Shown here: one piece after another, positions 1-9,431 of the stretch
Layout of the letters: the number at the start of each line of letters is the position of its first letter
How positions within the stretch are numbered: the first letter of the stretch is position 1
Assembly (NCBI GenBank): GCA_947361355.1
Contig: CANAIR010000007.1
Coordinates: 733 to 64,732, forward strand
Source: an uncultured Clostridium sp.
Lineage (GTDB): Bacteria > Bacillota > Clostridia > TANB77 > CAG-465
DNA: 64,000 nt
Reading direction: 5' to 3'
Position numbers and translations under genes: made by a program
The notes under the pieces: model-generated
Told to the model about the DNA's origin: nothing
The model's database searches: none
What the model saw: only the letters and a program-made list of their open reading frames with translations

Positions 1-2
1 TT

Positions 3-47
3 GCTGGAAAAATTTTAGGAGGACGTGTACAACTTTACATCAAGTAG
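3..47 (+). CDS. 3' end of an unidentified gene entering from upstream (partial)
   Basis: Frame 3 reads AGKILGGRVQLYIK then TAG at 45-47; too short to name. Confidence 0.25.
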   Translation, partial: AGKILGGRVQLYIK

Positions 48-186
48 CCACCCAAGGGTTGGTTTTGTAAAAATCATATTTGAATTAAAATTTGAGTATA
101 AAAAAGGTACAGATTTTTTGTGGTCTGTATCTTTTTTATATGCAAAATAATGTCGTGTTTTGTCAACCGATTGCTTAGAAAATGTC

Positions 187-215
187 TTGATTTTAGGTGA
201 TTCGCGTGGTATAAT
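187..215 (+). promoter_or_regulatory. Sigma-A type promoter of the element RNA (copy A)
   Basis: TTGATT, 17-nt spacer, TGgTATAAT (extended -10); same geometry conserved in copies B and C. Confidence 0.6.
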
Positions 216-230
216 ATAAGCATATTTAAT

Positions 231-345
231 CATGCTATGGGGCACACAGTCTAAGCGAGTGGTAGCTTGAATATAAGTATGCTCGAAGTCTAGAAATAGA
301 TATGTCACAAAAGCAACCCGTAGGGAATAGAGTTTAGTCTATTAA
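231..345 (+). ncRNA. Conserved structured RNA or 5' leader of the element family (copy A)
   Basis: Nearly identical to 61860-61971 and about 90 percent identical to 29131-29245. Predicted helices 250-253/291-294, 256-259/282-285, CCCGTAGGG at 317-325 and hairpin 327-342. No ORF. Confidence 0.6.
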
Positions 346-559
346 AATTTAATAAAAGTTTTTATCAGAAAGATTTTATCTAAAAATAAATCAAATAAAA
401 TTTTAATCAAATAAGTAAAATCGTATTAATAAAAAGTAATACGTAATTATGTTTTGAGTCTAAAATTTAGAAATAATTAAATTATAAAAACAATTTCAAA
501 GTATTTTAATTAACACATATTGAATAATAAAGAAAAATAATGTATAATGGAGGTAGTAA

Positions 560-1524
560 ATGGAAAAGACAAGGAAAATATCAGTAAAAAATGATATAGT
601 ATTTAAAGAAATCTTCGCAAAGAAAGGAAACGAAACATTTTTACAGGATTTTTTATCGGGATTATTAAAAAGAAAAATAGAGAAAATAGAAATAATAAAA
701 GATGCGTCATTAACGAAAAATGTGGTAAGTGGAAAATTGGGATAATAGATATAAAAGCAACACTAGATGAAAAAGATATAGTAGATATAGAAATGCAAAT
801 GTGCTATTTTCCAAATATGGAAGAAAGAGCATTATATTATTCAAGCAAACTAATATCATCACAGTTAAAGGTAGCGCAAGGATATGAAAAGTTAAAACCA
901 GTGATAGTAATAGTAATATTAAATAAAAGCATATTTCCATATGAAGAACACATAGGAGAAACAAAAACAATAATAAAAGGAAAAGAAGAATATGAAGTAA
1001 TGAAGAAGCAAAAATTCTATTTTATCGAGCTAGAAAAGTATAGAAAGCAAAAATTTAATCCAGAAGATAAAGTATCCCAATGGTTAGCGTTTATAGATGG
1101 AGAAGATAAAGAAAGGACGTCAGTTGCAATGAAAAAAAATAAAGAAATAAAAAAGGCAAATGAAGAGTACGAGTATTTAACAGGAGAAGAAGAGATACAA
1201 AGAATAGCAGAGCTAAAGGAAAAATGGGAAAGAGATTATAATTCAGGAGTACAGTATGGATATGACAGTGGATATGAGATGGGAATAGAAGAAGGTATAA
1301 AGAAGGGTATACAAGATGGAATAGAAGAAGGTATAAAAAAGGGTATGCAAGATGGAATAGAAAAAGGAATGAAAAATGGCATTGAGAAAGGAATAATTCA
1401 AGGCGAAAATAAAAGGGAAAGAGAAATTGCAAAGGATATGCTCAAGAAAAATTTAGATATAGATCTAATATCTGATATTACAGGGTTATCAAAAGAAGAA
1501 ATAAATAATCTAAAAAAATCATGA
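560..1524 (+). pseudogene. Rpn-family (PD-(D/E)XK, transposase_31-like) recombination-promoting nuclease, split by a frameshift
   Basis: ORF 560-745 (MEKTRKISVKNDIVFKEIFAKKGNETFLQDFL...) continues in another frame from 733 (KIGIIDIKATLDEKDIVDIEMQM...). Break lies in the A4 run 733-736. C-terminal GIEEGIKKGIQDG repeats are typical of the family. Confidence 0.7.
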
Positions 1525-1536
1525 TAAAAATGTTTA

Positions 1537-1570
1537 AGCCTAGTTAGAATATGTTATTTTAACTAGGTTT
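1537..1570 (+). terminator. Hairpin after the Rpn gene
   Basis: CCTAGTTA (1539-1546) pairs with TAACTAGG (1560-1567), then TTT. The stem base resembles the element right-end hairpins at 18328-18364 and 29610-29646. Confidence 0.5.
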
Positions 1571-1582
1571 AAATTCTTATTC

Positions 1583-1596
1583 TTACATTTTTGTAA
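1583..1596 (+). promoter_or_regulatory. Candidate BceR-type response-regulator box upstream of the RR/HK operon
   Basis: TTACA-TTTT-TGTAA inverted repeat just upstream of TGgTATAAT (1616-1624). Fits the TNACA-N4-TGTAA pattern as I recall it for BceR-like regulators. Confidence 0.4.
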
Positions 1597-1642
1597 GGAT
1601 TTTTGTTTACTTTTATGGTATAATTATATTAGGAGTGGTAAT

Positions 1643-2314
1643 ATGCAAAGGATATTCATAGTAGAAGATGATGAAAAATTAAGAAGTGAACTAGAGATAT
1701 TTTTAAATAATAATGGATATCAAAGTTTTTGTTTGAAAAATTTTGATAATTGTATAAAAGATATATTAAATAGTGAGAGTGATTTAGTACTACTTGATAT
1801 AAATTTACCATTTTATGATGGAGAATATGTTTTAAAGGAAGTAAGAAAAGAATCAGATGTACCTATCATTATGATAACAAGCAGAGAAAATGATATTGAT
1901 GAACTTATAAGTATAAATTATGGTGCAGATGATTATATAACTAAACCTTTTAATACACAAATATTACTTGCAAGAATTTCATCTGTATTAAAAAGGGTAA
2001 ACAAAAGTGATATTATTTCAAATAAAATTGATGCAAAAGAATTTGTACTTAATATTTCTGAAAGTAAAATAATTAAAGAAAAAAATGAAGTAGAACTTAC
2101 AAAAAATGAGAGAAAAATTTTGCAGTGTTTGCTTAATAAAAGAAATTCTATTGTATCAAGAGAAGAAATAATGGAATATCTTTGGAATACAGATGAATTT
2201 GTAGATGATAATACATTAACTGTAAATGTAGCAAGAGTTAGAAGTAAATTAGAAGAAATTGGTTTAAAAGGACTTATAGAAACAAAAAGAGGACAGGGGT
2301 ATATATTAAAATGA
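1643..2314 (+). CDS. OmpR-family response regulator (BceR-like)
   Basis: Receiver motifs EDDE, LLDINLP and ITKPF; C-terminal winged-helix output (RGQGYIL); overlaps the downstream kinase gene. Confidence 0.9.
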   Translation: MQRIFIVEDDEKLRSELEIFLNNNGYQSFCLKNFDNCIKDILNSESDLVLLDINLPFYDGEYVLKEVRKESDVPIIMITSRENDIDELISINYGADDYITKPFNTQILLARISSVLKRVNKSDIISNKIDAKEFVLNISESKIIKEKNEVELTKNERKILQCLLNKRNSIVSREEIMEYLWNTDEFVDDNTLTVNVARVRSKLEEIGLKGLIETKRGQGYILK

Positions 2315-3324
2315 AGTTTAGTATGTTTATAAAAGATAAAATATTTAATATAGGTATTATACTTTTTGCTTTAGTTACAGTAGAAATATTTTTAATAATA
2401 TATAATTTTGGTACACTCGTAAAAATATACACTTTTGTTAGTATTTTAGTAGCATTTTTTTTAGGTTTATTAATTGAATTTTATAATAAAAAGAATTATT
2501 ATGACGAATTATTTGCAAAGCTTGATGAACTTGATAAGAAATATTTAATTGTAGAACTTTTAAAACAGGCTGATTTTATTGAAGCTAATTTTTTAAAGAT
2601 AATTTTGCAAGAATGTAATAAATCTATGCTGGAAGATGTAAATTATTATAAGCATATACAAGATGAGTATAAGGAATATATTGAACTTTGGATACATGAG
2701 GTAAAAATTCCAATTGCAACTAGTAAACTAATTATAGAAAATAATAGAAATAGTATAACATCTAGTATAGATGAGGAGATTGATAAAATTGATGAGTATA
2801 TAGAACAAGCGTTATTTTATGCCAGAAGTAATAGTGTTGAAAAGGATTATATTATAAGAAAAATAAATTTAAGGGAAGTAGTAAATACAGTTATAAAAAA
2901 GAATAAAAAACAATTTATATCTTTAAAAATAAAATTAGATGTAAAAGATATCAAAAGAGAAATATATGTAGATAGTAAATGGGTTATTTTTATATTAAAT
3001 CAAATAATGTCAAATAGTATTAAATATCTAGACAAGGAAGAAAAAAATATTACGATATATAGTGAAGAAAACAAAGAAAATGTAGTGTTGTATATAAAGG
3101 ATAATGGTTTAGGAATAAAAGAAAGTGAAGTTTCAAGAGTATTTGAAAAAGGATTTACAGGTTCAAATGGAAGAAAAAATCTAAAAAAATCTACTGGAAT
3201 AGGATTATATTTGTCTAAAAAATTATGTGATAAGTTAGGACTTGCAGTATCTTTAACTTCATCAGAAGGTATTGGAACTACTGTAAAAATAATTTTCCCA
3301 AAAAATAGTTATACAAATTTGTAG
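2311..3324 (+). CDS. Intramembrane-sensing histidine kinase (BceS-like)
   Basis: Two N-terminal TM helices with almost no external loop; H-box HEVKIPIAT; N-box NQIMSNSIKY; DNGLGI and GIGLYL. Confidence 0.85.
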   Translation: MKFSMFIKDKIFNIGIILFALVTVEIFLIIYNFGTLVKIYTFVSILVAFFLGLLIEFYNKKNYYDELFAKLDELDKKYLIVELLKQADFIEANFLKIILQECNKSMLEDVNYYKHIQDEYKEYIELWIHEVKIPIATSKLIIENNRNSITSSIDEEIDKIDEYIEQALFYARSNSVEKDYIIRKINLREVVNTVIKKNKKQFISLKIKLDVKDIKREIYVDSKWVIFILNQIMSNSIKYLDKEEKNITIYSEENKENVVLYIKDNGLGIKESEVSRVFEKGFTGSNGRKNLKKSTGIGLYLSKKLCDKLGLAVSLTSSEGIGTTVKIIFPKNSYTNL

Positions 3325-3325
3325 T

Positions 3326-3361
3326 AAAAAAGTCCACTACAACGTATGCAGTGGACTTTTT
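3326..3361. terminator. Bidirectional intrinsic terminator
   Basis: AAAAAGTCCAC...GTGGACTTTTT between convergent genes. Confidence 0.75.
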
Positions 3362-3370
3362 GTTCAATAG

Positions 3371-3634
3371 TTACTGTAATAAATCAAATAACGCAAAAAC
3401 TTTTTTTGGACTACTTTTAATAAGAACTTTTAATAAGTGTTCTTTGTTTTTAAACTCTTCTTTCCAAAGTTCCATGAATTCATTTGCAGCCGTTTTTTCA
3501 TTTGTGTTGTTTATAGATTCTAATGCGCATTCTGTAAGAGCTGTTTTATAGCTGTCTATGAATTCTTTCAATTTAACTGTAGTAAATTCTTTTTCAAAGA
3601 GGTAAAGGTAATTAATGATATCAATCGTTTCCAT
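3371..3634 (-). CDS. Hypothetical small soluble protein (87 aa)
   Basis: AAGGAG RBS 8 nt before the ATG; ends at the shared terminator. Confidence 0.55.
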   Translation of the reverse strand: METIDIINYLYLFEKEFTTVKLKEFIDSYKTALTECALESINNTNEKTAANEFMELWKEEFKNKEHLLKVLIKSSPKKVFALFDLLQ

Positions 3635-3745
3635 AAAAATCTCCTTTTCTAATTATAGATTGTTCAATTAATACGATACACTTTAATTATAGCATATTTT
3701 TGATATTATGTCAATTTTTAATGCTGTAGTAGTTTTATTGAATTC

Positions 3746-3759
3746 TAACAAAAATGTAA
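3746..3759 (+). promoter_or_regulatory. Candidate BceR-type box upstream of the ABC transporter genes
   Basis: TAACA-AAAA-TGTAA, a further TGTAAGG repeat at 3766-3772, and TATAAT at 3803-3808 about 45 nt downstream. Confidence 0.45.
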
Positions 3760-3836
3760 GGTTATTGTAAGGTAAATCGATATTAAAATTTAAAATAATA
3801 CTATATAATTTAAATAGAAATGAAAGGAGATTTTTT

Positions 3837-4604
3837 ATGAAAAATATATTAGAAGTAAAAAATATAGAAAAATATTATGGGAATAAATCAAATCTTACAA
3901 AAGCAATAGATAATATTAGTTTTAATATAGGAAGTGGTGAATTTGTAGGAATAATGGGAGCAAGTGGATCGGGAAAAACTACTCTTTTAAATTGTATTTC
4001 GACAATTGATAGAGTAACAGCTGGACATATAATTATAAATAATCAAGATATAACAAAATTAAGAGGGAATAAGTTAAATAGATTTAGAAGTGAGGAACTA
4101 GGATTTATATTCCAAGATTTTAATTTATTAGATACTTTAACAGCATATGAAAATATTGCTTTGGCATTAACAATACAAAAAGTAAATGCAAAAGAAATTG
4201 AGCAAAGAGTTGAAAAAATAGCAAGTGAGCTTGGAATAGAAACAATATTAAATAAATATCCATATCAAGTATCTGGTGGACAAAAGCAAAGAATAGCCTC
4301 AGCTAGAGCTATTATAACCAATCCGAAAATAATTCTTGCAGATGAGCCAACTGGGAGTCTTGATTCAAAGTCAGCTAGACAATTACTTTCTACATTTGTA
4401 ACGTTAAACCAAGATTTAAAAGCAACTATTTTGATGGTTACACATGATGCGTTTACTGCAAGTTATGCTGATAGAATAATATTTATAAAAGATGGTAAAA
4501 TATTTAATGAGTTAATGAAAGGAAAAGAAACTAGAAAAGAATTTTTTGAAAAAATAATTGAGGTACAAACACTTCTTGGAGGTGACTTAAGCGATGTTAT
4601 TTAA
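3837..4604 (+). CDS. ABC transporter ATP-binding protein (BceA/MacB type)
   Basis: Walker A GASGSGKTT, signature VSGGQKQR, Walker B ILADEPTGSLD. Confidence 0.92.
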   Translation: MKNILEVKNIEKYYGNKSNLTKAIDNISFNIGSGEFVGIMGASGSGKTTLLNCISTIDRVTAGHIIINNQDITKLRGNKLNRFRSEELGFIFQDFNLLDTLTAYENIALALTIQKVNAKEIEQRVEKIASELGIETILNKYPYQVSGGQKQRIASARAIITNPKIILADEPTGSLDSKSARQLLSTFVTLNQDLKATILMVTHDAFTASYADRIIFIKDGKIFNELMKGKETRKEFFEKIIEVQTLLGGDLSDVI

Positions 4605-6681
4605 ATTATCTATAAAAAACATAAAAAAAAGTTTTAAAGATTATGGAATTTATTTTTTAACTTTAGTATTAGGTGTAGCAATATTTTATATGTTTAACTC
4701 TTTAGATAGTCAAGAGGCAATGCTAAAGGTATCATCTTCAATGAGTGAGTTAATAAAACTTATGATAAGTATGTTAGGTATGGTATCGATATTTGTAGCA
4801 ATTATTCTTGGACTTTTAATAGTATATGCAAACTATTTTTTAATAAATAGAAGGAAAAAAGAATTTGGTATATATATGACATTAGGAATGGGAAGAAGAC
4901 AAATATCAAAGATTATATTACTTGAAACAATATTTGTAGGCGTTATATCATTAATTATTGGTCTTATTTGTGGAATATTTATATCACAATTTATGTCTAT
5001 ACTTGTTGCAAAATTATTCGAAGCTGATATGAGTAATTTTACATTTGTATTTTCAAAGGCTGCATGTATAAAAACATGTATATATTTTGCAGTTATGTAT
5101 TTAGCAGTTATAATATTTAATACTTTTACAGTATCAAAATATAAACTTATAAACTTACTAAATGCAGCTAAGAAAAATGAAAGAGTAAAAATTAAAAATC
5201 CTATCCTTTCAATTGCTATATTTATTATATCATCAAGCATACTTGCATATTGTTATTATAAAGTAACAGCTGGTATTCATACTTTAGATACAGTAAATAA
5301 ACTTATTCCAATTATAATTATGGGAGTAGTATCTACAATTTTAATATTTTGGTCTTTATCAGGATTTATATTAAAAGTAGTACAACAATTAAAAAATGTA
5401 TATTTAAAAGATACTAATATGTTTGTATTAAGGCAAATTAATAATAAAGTAAATACAACGGTTATAGGGATGAGTGTTATCTGTTTAATGTTATTTATTA
5501 CAATTACTATTTTATCATCAGCATTATCTTTGAGAAATACTATGCAAAGAGAATTAAAAGAAATGACACCAGTAGATGTTAATTTAAATAAGACTGCAAA
5601 TTTACCTGAAAAATATGTTAATAAAAGTGGAAAGGAAGTTATATATACAAAAAAACAAATAGAAGATTCAAAATTATCTATTCAAGATACATTGAAAAAT
5701 AATGAGTTTAATATTAATGTATTAAAGGATATAGTAGAAATTCCAGTATATGCAACAAATGATTTAACTGTAGGAAAATTTTTGGAAGATAAATTAGATG
5801 AGATTAAAGCAAGTTTTCCACATCTTGCATATGATATGCCAGAGGAAATTATAAAAATATCTGATTATAATAAAATTGCAAAATTATATGGAATAGAAGA
5901 ATATAACTTAAATGATAATGAGTATATTATGGTTTGTGATTTTGATGGATTTAGGAATATAAGAAATAAAGTTTTAGCACAAAAATCTATTATTAATATA
6001 GCTGGAAAGGAATATGTTTCTAAATATAATGAATGCAAAAGTGGATATATTGAAATGTCAACATCTCATGTAAATACTGGAATTATTTTAGTACCTGATA
6101 ATTGTAATTTAACAGAAGATATTAAGGAAAGATATTTTTTAGCAGCAAATTATAATACTACTAGTGATGAAGAAAAAAAAGAAATAGAAAATTATATGAG
6201 AAGTAAAGATTCTGGATTTGTAGCAAAATTGAATGAAAATGGTATAGATATTGACGGAATGACAAAAATAGTAATTATTGAGTCTAGCGTTGGAATTGCA
6301 ACTATTGTAACATTTATTGCAATTTATCTTGGCATTATTTTTTTAATTGCAAGTTCTGCAATTTTAGCACTAAAACAGCTTACTGAAAGTTCAGATAATA
6401 AACAAAGATATACTATATTAAGAGAAATAGGCTGTGATGAAAAACTAATAAATAAGTCATTATTTATACAAATATTTATATTTTTTATGATGCCACTTGC
6501 ACTTGCAATAGTACATTCAGTATTTGGAATACAATTTGCACTTAATTTGATGTCGAGTTTTGCAAGTAAGGATGATTTAATTCCATCTGTTATAGCCACA
6601 GTTATTATTATTGGAGGAATTTATGGAGTATATTTTATGGCTACTTATCAAGGAAGTAAGAGAATTATAAAAGAGAAATAA
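4594..6681 (+). CDS. FtsX-family ABC permease with large extracellular domain (BceB-like)
   Basis: 695 aa, two FtsX-like TM bundles around a roughly 220-aa hydrophilic domain; overlaps the ATPase gene. Confidence 0.85.
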   Translation: MLFKLSIKNIKKSFKDYGIYFLTLVLGVAIFYMFNSLDSQEAMLKVSSSMSELIKLMISMLGMVSIFVAIILGLLIVYANYFLINRRKKEFGIYMTLGMGRRQISKIILLETIFVGVISLIIGLICGIFISQFMSILVAKLFEADMSNFTFVFSKAACIKTCIYFAVMYLAVIIFNTFTVSKYKLINLLNAAKKNERVKIKNPILSIAIFIISSSILAYCYYKVTAGIHTLDTVNKLIPIIIMGVVSTILIFWSLSGFILKVVQQLKNVYLKDTNMFVLRQINNKVNTTVIGMSVICLMLFITITILSSALSLRNTMQRELKEMTPVDVNLNKTANLPEKYVNKSGKEVIYTKKQIEDSKLSIQDTLKNNEFNINVLKDIVEIPVYATNDLTVGKFLEDKLDEIKASFPHLAYDMPEEIIKISDYNKIAKLYGIEEYNLNDNEYIMVCDFDGFRNIRNKVLAQKSIINIAGKEYVSKYNECKSGYIEMSTSHVNTGIILVPDNCNLTEDIKERYFLAANYNTTSDEEKKEIENYMRSKDSGFVAKLNENGIDIDGMTKIVIIESSVGIATIVTFIAIYLGIIFLIASSAILALKQLTESSDNKQRYTILREIGCDEKLINKSLFIQIFIFFMMPLALAIVHSVFGIQFALNLMSSFASKDDLIPSVIATVIIIGGIYGVYFMATYQGSKRIIKEK

Positions 6682-6708
6682 AAAAGTCGGTATTAATACC
6701 GACTTCTT
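6681..6708. terminator. Bidirectional intrinsic terminator
   Basis: AAAAAGTCGGTA TTAA TACCGACTT; overlaps the stop of the convergent small gene. Confidence 0.7.
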
Positions 6709-6932
6709 GCTCTTCTTTTTAACCTTTTAAAACCCTTATCAAAGGCTTTAAAAGCCATAAAACAACAGATTGCAGAGGTCATAGCAATAACCATGCTTAC
6801 CAAAAACAAAATGTTAGATACAAAGTCATATATATTTTGGTTACCACTAGAAAAAATAAATATCGACAAAGCTACAAATCCTAAAACTAAACTAAGTGCT
6901 GCATAAATAATACCTGCTAAAAAATTTTTCAT
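6693..6932 (-). CDS. Small two-TM membrane protein (79 aa), basic C-terminus
   Basis: Two hydrophobic helices, tail KRLKRRARSRY; preceded by the duplicated leader. Confidence 0.6.
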   Translation of the reverse strand: MKNFLAGIIYAALSLVLGFVALSIFIFSSGNQNIYDFVSNILFLVSMVIAMTSAICCFMAFKAFDKGFKRLKRRARSRY

Positions 6933-7068
6933 ATTACCTACCTCGCTATAAAGAGCTTTAATTATACTACATACACATTAAAATATGTATCATTAAAAGC
7001 TAATTATAGCTTCCTTTCTTTATATTTTTTCATACTTATATTATACCATAAAATGGTCGAAAAGTCAA
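6933..7068 (-). promoter_or_regulatory. Strong promoter plus roughly 100-nt structured leader (duplicate I)
   Basis: Minus strand TTGACT (7063-7068), 17 nt, TGgTATAAT (7040-7048). Leader hairpins AAGCTA/TAGCTT and ATACATAT/ATGTGTAT. About 90 percent identical to 7343-7476. Confidence 0.6.
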
Positions 7069-7111
7069 TTTGATGCGTTTTGTAAATTTATAGGATTAAT
7101 ATTTCTATAAA

Positions 7112-7141
7112 TAAAAAGGTCGATATAAAATCGACCTTTTA
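7112..7141. terminator. Intrinsic terminator
   Basis: AAAAAGGTCGA TATAAAA TCGACCTTTT overlapping the stop of the 67-aa gene. Confidence 0.7.
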
Positions 7142-7342
7142 TGCTTTCTTGTTAAGTTTTAACATTTCTATCCCACAAACTGTAATAGCAAAAATACAAG
7201 CATTACAAAAGCATATTAAGATAACAACATTTGTTATTAAATTTTCAACATTATAAAACTCGATACAAGATAAGTACGTGTAACAAATTGTTGTCATTCC
7301 AATAACACAAATTCCAATGATCATTTTTAAAAGTTTTTTCAT
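7139..7342 (-). CDS. Small two-TM, Cys-rich membrane protein (67 aa)
   Basis: Two hydrophobic helices; same leader and RBS as the 79-aa gene but an unrelated sequence. Confidence 0.6.
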   Translation of the reverse strand: MKKLLKMIIGICVIGMTTICYTYLSCIEFYNVENLITNVVILICFCNACIFAITVCGIEMLKLNKKA

Positions 7343-7476
7343 ATTACCTACCTCGCTATAAAGAGCTTTAATATACTACATACACATTAAAATGTGTATC
7401 ATTAAAAGCTAATTATAACTTCCTTTCATAAAATTTTATATACTTATATTATACCACAAAATGGTCAAAAAGTCAA
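7343..7476 (-). promoter_or_regulatory. Strong promoter plus structured leader (duplicate II)
   Basis: Minus strand TTGACT (7471-7476), 17 nt, TGgTATAAT (7448-7456); leader paralogous to 6933-7068. Confidence 0.6.
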
Positions 7477-7576
7477 TTTTAAAGGCTTTTAGTAGTTTTT
7501 ATAGCCTATATTTCATACTTTAGTTTGACATTTTAATACCTTAATTATATAATATAATTAAATTGGAGGGTTTAAT

Positions 7577-9310
7577 ATGGAAGAAAAAAAAGTAATGGAT
7601 TCATTAAAAGATATAATTAATATAAAATTTGATACTTTTTCAGACAAGGTAGCTTTTTTAGAAAAAAATCCAGAGACAAGAGAGTTTGAGAAGATAAAAT
7701 ATTCTAAGGTAAAAGAAGACATAAATGCACTAGGAACAGTAATGTTAAAAAAATTAAATTTAAAAGATGAAAAAATAGCTGTTATTGGTGAAAATAGTTA
7801 TAGATGGTATGTAACATATATGGCAGTTGTATGTGGTGTTGGTATTATAGTGCCACTTGATAAAGAATTACCAGCAAATGAAATACTAAATTTACTTGAA
7901 AGATCGGAAGCAAAATGTATAGTTTACTCAAGTAGAAAAAAAGATATGATAAATGAAATAAAAGATAAACTACCAAAAAATATGATATTTATTGAGATGA
8001 ATAAAAAAGAAAATGATAATGAAAGTTACTCTTTCGATAGTTTAGTAAAAGAAGGAAAAGAACTAGTAGATACTGGTGATGTAGATTACATAGATGCAAA
8101 AATTGATAGAGAAGCTTTTAAAGTTTTATTATTTACTTCTGGTACAACTGCCGCTGCTAAAGGGGTTATGCTATCACACAAAAATTTGTGTGCAAATACT
8201 TTAACTTGTTATTATTTAGTTCCAAAAATGGGAGAATATACATATCTATCCGTTCTTCCAATGCACCATACTTATGAGTTTTCACTTGTATACCTTTATG
8301 GTACTAGTGAAGGAGCTACAATAGGCATTTGTGAGGGATTAAAATATGTTGCAAAAGATATGAAAGAAGTTAAACCAGATGTACTTTTTGCAGTTCCAGC
8401 TTTAATAGAAAAGTTAAGTCAAAAAATCGATAAGGCAATAGAAGCAACTGGTAAAGAAAAAGTAATTAGAACGGCTGGCAAATTAGCAACAGGACTTAGC
8501 AAAATAGGATTAGATTTTAGAAGAAAAATATTTAAGCAAATACAGGATAATTTTGGTGGAAATTTAAAATATTTATTTTGTGGAGCTGCACCAGTAGATA
8601 AGGATATTATATATAAATTAGAAAGTTATGGCTTTGTATTTATGCAAGGATTTGGTGTAACAGAGGCTTCACCTTTAATATCTGCTACAACGTTTGATAA
8701 CCGTGAACCTGGAACTTGTGGAAAAGCTATTCATGGTGGTCAAATAAGAATTGATTTAAGTAAAAATGAAGATAAATCAAGTAATATTGGGGAAATCCTT
8801 GCAAAAGGTGATAATATAATGATGGGTTATTACAAAGACGATAAGAAGACAAAAGAAGCTTTAAAAAATGGTTGGTTTTATACTGGTGATATAGGGTATT
8901 TCAATGAACGTGGTAATTTAGTTATAACAGGTAGAACAAAAAATGTTATAGTAACATCAAATGGGAAAAATATATATCCTGAAGAACTTGAAACATTAAT
9001 AAATAGAATTCCACTTGTTGAAGAATCAATGGTATATGGTGCAAAAGATCCAAAAAACAAACAGGAATTAATTGTAACAGCAAGAGTTACTGTTAATAAT
9101 GAATATATCGAAGAAAATTATAAAGATATAAAACCAAATAAAGAGCAAATTCATAATTTGATTTGGGAAGAAATAAAGAAAATTAATAGAAGTTTGGTTT
9201 CATATAAAGCGATTAAAAAATTAGAAGTAAAAGAAGATGAGTTTATAAAGACAACTACTATGAAAATAAAAAGATTTGCAGAACTTGAAAAGGATAAAAA
9301 GAAAAAATAA
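7577..9310 (+). CDS. AMP-dependent synthetase, long-chain fatty acid-CoA ligase-like
   Basis: AMP-binding motif LFTSGTTAAAKGVMLSHKNL, then GFGVTEASP and YTGDIG. Confidence 0.85.
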   Translation: MEEKKVMDSLKDIINIKFDTFSDKVAFLEKNPETREFEKIKYSKVKEDINALGTVMLKKLNLKDEKIAVIGENSYRWYVTYMAVVCGVGIIVPLDKELPANEILNLLERSEAKCIVYSSRKKDMINEIKDKLPKNMIFIEMNKKENDNESYSFDSLVKEGKELVDTGDVDYIDAKIDREAFKVLLFTSGTTAAAKGVMLSHKNLCANTLTCYYLVPKMGEYTYLSVLPMHHTYEFSLVYLYGTSEGATIGICEGLKYVAKDMKEVKPDVLFAVPALIEKLSQKIDKAIEATGKEKVIRTAGKLATGLSKIGLDFRRKIFKQIQDNFGGNLKYLFCGAAPVDKDIIYKLESYGFVFMQGFGVTEASPLISATTFDNREPGTCGKAIHGGQIRIDLSKNEDKSSNIGEILAKGDNIMMGYYKDDKKTKEALKNGWFYTGDIGYFNERGNLVITGRTKNVIVTSNGKNIYPEELETLINRIPLVEESMVYGAKDPKNKQELIVTARVTVNNEYIEENYKDIKPNKEQIHNLIWEEIKKINRSLVSYKAIKKLEVKEDEFIKTTTMKIKRFAELEKDKKKK

Positions 9311-9431
9311 AATAAAACTGACTAAGGAGTATTATCCTTAGTTAGTTTTATATATATATATTATTTGTGAAATATCATGCTTTTTAATATATTTTTATTA
9401 ATAAATTTTAACTATTTTTAAATACTAGTTA

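Larger units (their letters stand above)
56..345 (+). mobile_element. Left-end module of the GGGTTGG inverted-repeat element family, copy A
   Basis: 18-mer GGGTTGGTTTTGTAAAAA at 56-73; hairpin 106-131 between an A-run and a T-run; conserved block TGCAAAATAATGTCGTGTTTTGTCAACC at 141-168; promoter 187-215; conserved RNA 231-345. The same ordered module recurs at 28973-29245 and 61655-61971. Confidence 0.7.

Noticed and set aside
15-308. 97-aa minus-strand ORF over the element left end (and the similar ORFs at 28867-29146)
   Set aside because: It lies on a repeat, promoter and hairpin region. Similarity between copies is at nucleotide level and breaks at the hairpins. No RBS.
1091-1432. 113-aa minus-strand ORF inside the Rpn gene (likewise 710-970)
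   Set aside because: Antisense to a recognisable gene, low-complexity Leu/Phe translation of a GAA/GGA-rich repeat, no RBS.
3351-3551. 66-aa plus-strand ORF
   Set aside because: It is antisense to the 87-aa gene, which has a proper RBS, and it starts inside the terminator hairpin.
4833-5240. Antisense ORFs within long genes (also 6324-6599, 8878-9060, 13040-13255, 14251-14742, 15093-15422, 19708-20082, 26263-27249, 43185-43526, 44712-44987, 52213-52659, 56512-56820)
   Set aside because: Each lies fully inside a motif-supported gene on the other strand. These are typical chance ORFs in AT-rich DNA.
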